Position numbers and translations under genes: made by a program. DNA of 64,000 nucleotides from a virus, in IMG/VR virus record IMGVR_UViG_3300012953_000015, positions 1-64,000 of that record; one strand, 5' to 3'. Positions 18,601 to 23,902 of this stretch are shown in pieces (positions within the stretch are counted from its first letter, which is position 1; each line of letters opens with the position of its first letter). Under the pieces are notes generated by a model. It saw only the letters and a list, made by a program, of their open reading frames with translations, ran no database searches and was not told where the DNA came from.

Positions 18601-19131
18601 ACTGGTTTGATAGTTTATAATGGTAAACTTAAGTCTCCTCAAAAAGTAGGATTATCGGGTGATTTAGGCGACTTTAGAGATCAGTCAGAAGGTGGACAGT
18701 TGGTAGCTCCATCTGGTAATCCAGATTACAGTTCTTTAAGTAATTCTACTAGAGAATATATTAGATGGTTCCAAAATACCACGGGCGGTTCAAAAACTGA
18801 TTTTAATCTTACACTTGAAGGAACAGGTACTATAGTATCTAATGCGACTTCTATAACTAGTTCTGGTAATTTTAGAGTTTTTGCTAAGATACCAAACTCT
18901 AACTCTGATCAAACTACTGGATTTATGGACACCGCACTTCCTTTTGAAACTGGTCAAAATGGAGACAATGCCGGTGCTTTAGTTGGTTCTTTGGATAGTT
19001 CTTTGAACGCTCAAAATCGAGTTACTTTTGGAACAAAGTTTGTGCAGAATAACGAATACATACTAATTAAGATTGTTGCCGATAAAACTTGGACAGGTAA
19101 CGTTTCTAAAATACAGATAAGCTGGATTTGA
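12622..19131 (+). CDS. Long tail-fibre-like or appendage protein (2169 aa) with multiple internal repeats
   Basis: SD CAGGAG upstream. G/S/T/N-rich, with AGDGL-type fibre repeats, three 50-aa DxDGxG repeats and two ~580-aa C-terminal duplicated modules. Confidence 0.7.
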   Translation: MAQQNRNTLRKLDFLVARNSSDNSVQKVVSPKHFQIGLDDPEFNSSTLKVHGRAEIRTGATVLHGITGSIQHLPDGSSYLRQGSNISIVSGSDGSITIGVDGLDSLTSGTKATGTITAIETSKSNLDGDVLTIPDSQSRTVNFTYEQDDSSPTRVNATSYKIAASGISNVDTHAAAIQSAIALAKANGDLSITSTVSGAVVSLVQDTPGTPGNTTISGTAVSQSEVNISQFSGGAISGLTSNSLTAGDGLAFNTGATFNGSAAVTLATDLATNSGLGFSSNKLTIDINALTEATPAAGDFLIIRDANDSGNLKKINFNTINSNAQAGVTLNNALTPGDGLSFVSGRDGTGYNNSNAEQIKINLAANSGLAISSDNLSIAPVGLTNKPSPHANDILIIADSQSSNTLKKVSLSSINSSTSLANSLGPGDGLELASGNSSFNNSSNETIKVKLNGNTLALGSSGLSVASTPGSLTSGTGISSLSYNGSSGVSVAIDTNVVPTFANGGTFSGGVTFSGNVYGKWNKINPSTDFLVAGTNISLSTAASGQITINSNNSIDVGSLSGATPAGGDFLLLEQGGTNSKVTVDSVVNLVNRTSLVEAEDGITITFNGSSNPAKIKVNTAGDTISNGPGGIHVAKVPQSLSDGLGIKDFLFDGSNAASIVIDNSIVATVSGSIFSGDVEFNAGLSGSLQSLPDGTPYLIGGTGIQVTTGSKGQVIITNSGGGSSFRTVGIDADGNGSTDNTLESSENLILKAGTNVTLAESGGVVTINSAGGGTVRSVGVDTDGDGSTDNNLEAGEGLVLKAGTNVTLAESGGVVTINSAGGGSVRAVGVDTDGNGSTDNTLETGESLVLKAGTNTSLAESGGVVTINSTGTDTTYTAGDGLDLTSTTFSLDLKSSGGLVIDSTELKIDNSIVATLTGSNFTGNVKFNSGLSGSLQQLVNGTSYLKEGSNISIVSGSDGSITISSQGGTIGDAEDEDYTDGLFTDFTTTTPVGTPIDRFNEILKLLVPAPAPDLDDIDYNNTFVSKEQVVPSSLSFGTSNDQSSATPAYANVAATAGIGSAVNVNGVYQVANSGNNLRAAVFDGSVDIIGDLNEDVPANITSPSSQTNYVANSFADGNIGNLVLELNGVDIYTLDLTNNSIGAGNPGSGTGNYVNSSGDYEGSGFVNVSIAKAGTFDSGTTFDNFKHRTGRWKIASTGAIGQRNGWNYARVKHIKGGVTKVTNYVEWVKDSDSNALSTSGNSLGFTGSGALQISGVTYNTSGTAQYQVTVSNAYRYVYDTSDITFTTSVSGVNSGVSYSVSNITKPTIGGGENHLKQISVNETDSISASYILGGGITTGINVSHPLKSNLANSGQSTISGLLIYNVSETSNVTTENFQREGYRLQANNYANQSDITGGTLNWDSSQSLVGGSSTHNTGLQIYRERLYSPKNTIHSGDFRNSSDGGSLTNGPSGNPNYSGISGTKTFYRKFQNTGAAKRDFKYAMQGDASLVAHGGTLGSNKNFKLYFKMPSDGSGNTTGWLDAATAFTHGNVADNAGGSIGTVDTSIPIAAPNENKVSFGTVEIGNNEYVVARIEADAGWTGYLDNFVVTFGAVGAVSASPAVNDIDCNQSGVNAKLSFGDDLNKSGYTDVATAAGFSAVNENELYSSSGDRKAVFNRGQVISGDINETTAASGNSYPANSFGGGNANKGTLKLELNGAVIHTTNLESFGSGNDLTSGSGFINLSVATPGEDTNNLPDFTKFYRTGQYQVASGATQRNGWNYVRVIHTIDGSDSASDYVEWVNDDSNQNITFSGVSVGNFASSSTYKSSGISYYINPTGRFDYTSSNVYKYVYSPAADAISYPTTTNCTVSSIQVSGDGVNNGSVSSSTRSLPNLDNSVSDSYDDDITVQATFSYTGTSIPGDSEQTVTLVGRVHHPLMSQAGNIDTSSTTSAVILAANFTDNSTVLIERFNGESKRLKAGSTSYNNQASVSGGSNNWNSATSMNGADAAHNTGLIVYNGKLKSPQKVGLSGDLGDFRDQSEGGQLVAPSGNPDYSSLSNSTREYIRWFQNTTGGSKTDFNLTLEGTGTIVSNATSITSSGNFRVFAKIPNSNSDQTTGFMDTALPFETGQNGDNAGALVGSLDSSLNAQNRVTFGTKFVQNNEYILIKIVADKTWTGNVSKIQISWI
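14800..15240 (+). repeat. Three tandem 150-bp (50-aa) coding repeats
   Basis: Units start at 14800, 14950 and 15100: R[TSA]VG[IV]D[AT]DG[ND]GSTDN[TN]LE..E.L[IV]LKAGTN[VT][TS]LAESGGVVTINS. The DNA is near-identical at ~14874-14939 versus ~15024-15089. Confidence 0.95.
15646..19128 (+). repeat. Tandem duplication of a ~570-585 aa module within the 2169-aa protein
   Basis: Copy 1 (~15646-17400) and copy 2 (~17416-19128) share, in the same order: DID, LSFG, ANSF, LELNG, GSGF.N.S.A, QRNGWNY.RV.H, YVEWV.D, HPL, HNTGL, GDFR, GNP.YS, FQNT, TTG..D.A, DNAG, FGT, NEY, AD..WTG. Confidence 0.9.
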
Positions 19132-19132
19132 T

Positions 19133-21262
19133 ATGGCCTTTAATTCAACTACCGAAAGACTGATATCGTTAAAAAAGCTCTCCGGAAAAGCACATACATC
19201 AAATGATAAAGGCTTGTCTAATGAAGCGTTACCTTCTGGCATTACGATGTCTTCAGCCACGATATTTTCAGAAGCAATTACAGCCTCCCCAACAGCGACT
19301 CCATACTGGAATAATGGTGTTATTGAGTTTCTAAGATTACCGGTAGAGTTCATCACCGGTGCCGATACATCTTCAGGCCGACATGGTTTTAGACTGAAAC
19401 TTCCTAGTGATTATGTTACTAACTCTACTAATCCTGATAAAAACACTGGGGTTTTTGTTAATAATCAAGTTCTTAATGCTTCTAATGGAAAGTTACAATT
19501 AGTTCCTCCCTCTTTTGCTAACGCTTATGAAGCAAAGCCTTATTATGGATCGATAGGTTCCGGAACAAGAATTTACCTTCTAGATGACAGAGATTGGAAT
19601 TTAGACTACTTTAATGGAGTTCTTTTTCAACAAACTCCTCCCGGCACCGGCGATCATGCTCAAAACCCAACATATGTTGAAGCTTTTATTTATATTGGAG
19701 ATTTTCTTGACACTGGAGGCGGTGGCGGAGGATCGGGAGACATAACAGCAGTAGTCGCAGGCAACGGCCTATCCGGAGGTGCTAATTCTGGGTCTGCGAC
19801 TTTATCGATTAATAATAGCATCGTAGCTACTCTTACTGGGTCAAACTTTACCGGAAATGTAGTAGCACAATCAGGGCTCTCTGGTTCCTTACAAAACCTT
19901 GCTGACGGTTCTTCTTACTTAAGGGAAGGATCTAACATATCAATAGTTTCCGGCTCAAATGGTTCAATAACTATATCATCTTCAGCTAGCTCTACTGATA
20001 ACTTATTTAAAACAATAAAAATAGGACCGGTAGGTAAGAAAGTTAGGTTTACCAACAATTTTGGCATGGGAAGCTATGGAACAGTACCAAGCAACATTAT
20101 ATTAAGGTTTAGCGACGGATCTTCTAATCATGACTTTACAGTTGATGATAATAGTGGATCAAGCACATCTTCAGCCAACACAGTTGGTGGAGGATCAGAT
20201 AGGTCTGCTGTTGATGTAGTGAGCGAATTTGTTTCTGAAATTAATGCAGGAAGTTTAAATTTAACCGCAACAGTTTTATCTGGAAACACATCTACAGATG
20301 CATCTTTTACCCTAGTACCAGATGCCGGGTATAGTGTTACTGTAACTGAAGATCCTAATAACGCTAATAGTGGAAATTTTGGAGCTAGTGCTGGTTTTAC
20401 TTTAATTACTTCTATCTCTGGGCAGTCTGACGTAGTTGCTGATTCAACTACAGATGTCTTAACTCTTTCAGGTTCTAACGGGGTAAAGATATTTACTGAT
20501 GCTTCTAAAGATGAAATTAGATTTAATTTAGATTTAATTTCTGGGGATAACGTTTCGATAGTCACCGGATCTAATGGCTCTGTAACAGTTAATGCAGCTT
20601 CAGAATTAAGAAATAAGAACGTTTATTCTTTATCTAACATATCAGCTGGCAATAACGTCGAAGTATCTGCTACTAATTTTCAAACTGTAGAATATAAGCC
20701 GGAATCAGTTGATGTCTTCTTAAATGGCTTAATAATGCATTCAGGATCAGTTTCTCAAGTAAACAATGGAACAGCTGACTACTATGTTTCCGGGCCAAGT
20801 ACTTTAAGATTTGCTTTTGATATTGAAAATCTGGATGTTTTAGATGTGATTCTTAATCCCGGAGGTGGAGTTGCAACTAATGTGACAGTTGAAAATGACA
20901 ACGTTGCTAGAGGAACTCCTATAATAACTTATGAAGCGACTAGCGTTCTTACAAATGAAAGAGTTTTTAGAGTTTCTGATGTTCTAAATTTATCTACAAC
21001 ATCTTCTGGGTTTGTAGACTTAGACATAGACAGGAAAAAAGAAATTTATATAGTTAGTTCAGCAGTATCAAGCGGAGCTTCATTCAATACTAGCGTAGAC
21101 TTTAGCGAGGTAGCATATTCAGAGAAAAGAATAGATGTTTTTATAAACGGTCAAATGTTATTAAGCGGATCAAATAGGGATTATATTATTCAGCCAACGT
21201 CCAATATAGTTTTTAATTTTGATCTGTATCCCGACGATAGCGTCGTAGTTTGTGTTATTTAG
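19133..21262 (+). CDS. Putative tail fibre or appendage protein (709 aa)
   Basis: Contains GGGGGGSGDITAVVAGNGLSGG, a fibre module shared with the upstream gene, and two C-terminal 'DVF[LI]NG...SG...DY...F.F.....D' beta-sandwich-like units. Starts immediately after the upstream stop (TGA-T-ATG). Confidence 0.65.
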   Translation: MAFNSTTERLISLKKLSGKAHTSNDKGLSNEALPSGITMSSATIFSEAITASPTATPYWNNGVIEFLRLPVEFITGADTSSGRHGFRLKLPSDYVTNSTNPDKNTGVFVNNQVLNASNGKLQLVPPSFANAYEAKPYYGSIGSGTRIYLLDDRDWNLDYFNGVLFQQTPPGTGDHAQNPTYVEAFIYIGDFLDTGGGGGGSGDITAVVAGNGLSGGANSGSATLSINNSIVATLTGSNFTGNVVAQSGLSGSLQNLADGSSYLREGSNISIVSGSNGSITISSSASSTDNLFKTIKIGPVGKKVRFTNNFGMGSYGTVPSNIILRFSDGSSNHDFTVDDNSGSSTSSANTVGGGSDRSAVDVVSEFVSEINAGSLNLTATVLSGNTSTDASFTLVPDAGYSVTVTEDPNNANSGNFGASAGFTLITSISGQSDVVADSTTDVLTLSGSNGVKIFTDASKDEIRFNLDLISGDNVSIVTGSNGSVTVNAASELRNKNVYSLSNISAGNNVEVSATNFQTVEYKPESVDVFLNGLIMHSGSVSQVNNGTADYYVSGPSTLRFAFDIENLDVLDVILNPGGGVATNVTVENDNVARGTPIITYEATSVLTNERVFRVSDVLNLSTTSSGFVDLDIDRKKEIYIVSSAVSSGASFNTSVDFSEVAYSEKRIDVFINGQMLLSGSNRDYIIQPTSNIVFNFDLYPDDSVVVCVI

Positions 21263-21342
21263 TAAACATTTAGTAATTTTTTCCATAGCCCACTCATCCT
21301 AAAGTTAATTCACGTTTTTTTTTATTTAATGTGAAAACTCTT

Positions 21343-21375
21343 TTGACATATCGTGATAAACATACATATTTATCT
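21343..21375 (+). promoter_or_regulatory. Candidate promoter: TTGACA plus ATACATATTTATCT element
   Basis: Perfect TTGACA at 21343-21348. The 14-mer at 21362-21375 matches ATACATAATTATCT at 12576-12589 at 13 of 14 positions, and both lie immediately upstream of a gene. Confidence 0.5.
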
Positions 21376-21396
21376 AATGTAAGAGAGAGAGATTTA

Positions 21397-21615
21397 ATGA
21401 AAAAAATGTTTAGAACTTCAGATATCGCCCACGCTGCATATTTAATGTTGAAGGGTTTAAAATTAACTTTAGCTACTCGAGAACCGAGTGGTAAGTTTAA
21501 GTTTGAGTTTGAAGATCCAAATGAGCTAGCGAAATCTTACGTAGTAGAATATATTACTAGTAATTACGCATCGTTTGACACTCACTTGAAGAATCTTAAA
21601 AAGTTATTGTATTAA
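21397..21615 (+). CDS. Small DUF5659-like protein (72 aa), possible nucleic-acid-binding regulator
   Basis: FRTSDIAHAAYLMLKG.KL...F.FEF resembles the DUF5659 pattern (T.Dl..AAyL...G), recalled from memory. ATG 21397, after a purine-rich AGAGAGAGAG tract, is more plausible than the GTG at 21331, which would overlap the promoter-like motif. Confidence 0.55.
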   Translation: MKKMFRTSDIAHAAYLMLKGLKLTLATREPSGKFKFEFEDPNELAKSYVVEYITSNYASFDTHLKNLKKLLY

Positions 21616-21698
21616 TTCGTTTTAGTCCATTTAAATTCCAGTTAAAATTTAGTTGTTTTGTTTTTTTTATAAAAATCAAAAAAGGAAAAATATAAATT

Positions 21699-23264
21699 AT
21701 GGCAAATGTAAATCAAATAAGATTACAACAAATCTCTGGTTCTTTAGCAACCATAGACTCAGGCGTATCGGGTGTTAACTCAGCCGGTGCACTTCCAGCT
21801 GCTTTAGGCGAAAACACTATAGCGGATATGGAAGATATCATGACATACTTTGCACAAGCTATTGCAAATATTCATGGTAAAACAAACTTTGGTACTCAAA
21901 CACCTGGTCTAATTTCATTCGATGCTTCTGGTATCGATATTGTCTTAGACCAAGATCAATCAGGAAGAAAGATTCACCTTGACTCTGAAGGTTCTGTTGA
22001 TATCGATGCTATCACAGGACTTGACATCAACGTTGCAACAGGCGGTTCAGATGCAAGAGACCTTGCTATCTCAAGCACAGGCGGTGGTGATTCTAGCGTC
22101 CTAATCAGTTCTGCTGGTTCAGGCGCAGACGCTCTATCACTTGACGTTTCTGCTGGCTCAATGGTAGTTGCTCCATCTCTTGCAGATGGTCAGACATTGA
22201 AGCTTGGTAAGAACGGTGCTGTTGAAATGGTGTTTACACCTCATGGTACACCTGCTAACGAGAAGGTCTCACTTACAAACACTGCAGGTACAGCTGATGA
22301 TGCTATTAGCCTTGTCGCTACTGCTGGTGGTGTTAAAGTTCAGGCTGGTGATGATTCACTTCACCTTGATGCTGACGGTACCGATGCTGATGCATTGAAT
22401 ATCGATTCAGCTGGTGGTATGGACGTTGACGTTGCTGGCGTTCTTAACATGGCTGCAGGCGATGACTCTGTCATTGCTGTCACGACTGCTGCTAAGGACC
22501 TTGCTCTTACCGTTTCAGGCGGTGGTGCTCAGGTTCTCCAGTTGAACTCAGCAGGTACCGGTACTGATGCAATTGACATCAATGCTTCTGCTGGTGGTAT
22601 TGATATTGATTCAGCAGCTGAACTTAACTTGGCTTCAAGCGCTGCTGCATTCCTATCAGGTTCATCTTTCGTAGGTATTAAATCAACTTCAAGCGCAGAG
22701 ATTCATGCTACTTCAACCTTGACTATGTCTGGTACGAATGGACTAAAGATTCAGTCTTCAGGCGGAAGTATTCAGTTTGAATCGCATGACGCAGACTCTG
22801 CTATGAATGGTGGGTTTATTAGTCTTGCAACTTCGGGTGAATTTGCTGCTTTCGTTGCTAAGGACTTGTTCTCAAGTACTACAACAATTATGGGAGCAAT
22901 CAATGCGTTAGCTCAATCAGGAGAACCAACGAAGGTTGTCTACCGAGTAACTGGTAGCCATGCAGCTACCACAGACTTGTACCTAAACACTGACGGTTCA
23001 TCAATTTCCGCACTCGCTGCAGGGTCTTCCCTAGGCGCTCCGGGAACTGGTATTTCGAAAGTTTCAGGAACATCAACCTCACTAGCAGCCAATAGGGATC
23101 CTCACAAAGTTGAAGTATTCCTTAATGGTATGTTACTAATGTCAGGTTCTAGCGCTGACGTGACGAATAGCCACGCAGATTATAGAATCGCAGCTGCAAA
23201 CCGATTGCAGTTTGGATTTGCTTTAGCAGCCGGTGACGTACTTCAAGTTATGGATCGTTCTTAA
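21699..23264 (+). CDS. Probable abundant virion fibre or decoration protein (521 aa) with beta-repeat shaft
   Basis: SD AAGGA. Four G[TS]..DA[IL].[LI]...AGG repeats and a C-terminal VEVFLNG.LL.SGS...DY...FGF.L..GD unit shared with the 19133 gene. Codon usage is distinct from its neighbours, and a strong terminator follows. Confidence 0.65.
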   Translation: MANVNQIRLQQISGSLATIDSGVSGVNSAGALPAALGENTIADMEDIMTYFAQAIANIHGKTNFGTQTPGLISFDASGIDIVLDQDQSGRKIHLDSEGSVDIDAITGLDINVATGGSDARDLAISSTGGGDSSVLISSAGSGADALSLDVSAGSMVVAPSLADGQTLKLGKNGAVEMVFTPHGTPANEKVSLTNTAGTADDAISLVATAGGVKVQAGDDSLHLDADGTDADALNIDSAGGMDVDVAGVLNMAAGDDSVIAVTTAAKDLALTVSGGGAQVLQLNSAGTGTDAIDINASAGGIDIDSAAELNLASSAAAFLSGSSFVGIKSTSSAEIHATSTLTMSGTNGLKIQSSGGSIQFESHDADSAMNGGFISLATSGEFAAFVAKDLFSSTTTIMGAINALAQSGEPTKVVYRVTGSHAATTDLYLNTDGSSISALAAGSSLGAPGTGISKVSGTSTSLAANRDPHKVEVFLNGMLLMSGSSADVTNSHADYRIAAANRLQFGFALAAGDVLQVMDRS

Positions 23265-23287
23265 TAATTAAGAATGAATAACTTCTT

Positions 23288-23315
23288 AAGGGAGGCTTCG
23301 GCCTCCCTTTTTTTT
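23288..23315 (+). terminator. Rho-independent terminator
   Basis: AAGGGAGGC-TTCG-GCCTCCCTT stem with a C(UUCG)G tetraloop, running into a T8 tract, 23 nt after the stop of 21699..23264. Confidence 0.95.
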
Positions 23316-23376
23316 AACTTTTTTTTAGAAAAATATATTTTATTTCTATGTTAGAATTATTTTAAGGGGTATTAAA

Positions 23377-23874
23377 TTGAAAGATTTTATAGAAGAATTT
23401 TTTAATAAAGAAAACTCAAAATACGAGATGCTCATTAATTTAGATACTTCTGGTGCAAGGCTTATAGATAAAGCAACAAAAGACATTATGAATTCTAAAA
23501 ATGAGTTATCTAAAATAGAAGATCCTAAAGTTTTGTTTGAAAGTATGAAAAATTTTATTGAAAACATCGATAAGAGATTCATAAATATAAACAATCAAAT
23601 TAATTTCTCAAGAAAAATAGCTAAAGCTAGGGTTGAAGCAGTAAGAGATTGTTACTCTTATGTCTTGCAAAGAGAAGAAGAGATAAAGAAAGAAGAAGAG
23701 ATAAAACAAAAAATCTTAGCAGCTGATGAAGATAGAATAGAAGAAATTAAAGAATCAATCCTTCTTGGCGAAGACTTAGAAAAAGAAAAAAGAACAATTG
23801 GAACTCGCCCAGAAAAACTAAGCAACGTTAGAAAAGCAAAATCAGAATTATCTGGATCTAAAAAATCCTCATAG
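23377..23874 (+). CDS. Hypothetical charged, coiled-coil-like protein (165 aa)
   Basis: TTG start with AAGGGG SD; K/E-rich helical composition. Confidence 0.6.
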   Translation: MKDFIEEFFNKENSKYEMLINLDTSGARLIDKATKDIMNSKNELSKIEDPKVLFESMKNFIENIDKRFININNQINFSRKIAKARVEAVRDCYSYVLQREEEIKKEEEIKQKILAADEDRIEEIKESILLGEDLEKEKRTIGTRPEKLSNVRKAKSELSGSKKSS

Positions 23875-23902
23875 ATATTTTCTGCATTGAATAATTAAGA
23901 TT

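Noticed and set aside
12810-19990. Similar cassettes as a diversity-generating retroelement template/variable pair
   Set aside because: There is no reverse transcriptase in the window, the differences are not adenine-specific, and all copies are internal to coding regions.
21331-21396. GTG start for the small gene as given in the ORF track
   Set aside because: It lacks an SD, and the extension overlaps the promoter-like elements. ATG 21397 is preferred.
23258-23274. Perfect inverted repeat TTCTTAAT-A-ATTAAGAA over a stop codon
   Set aside because: Almost entirely A/T, single occurrence and adjacent to the real terminator; likely chance.
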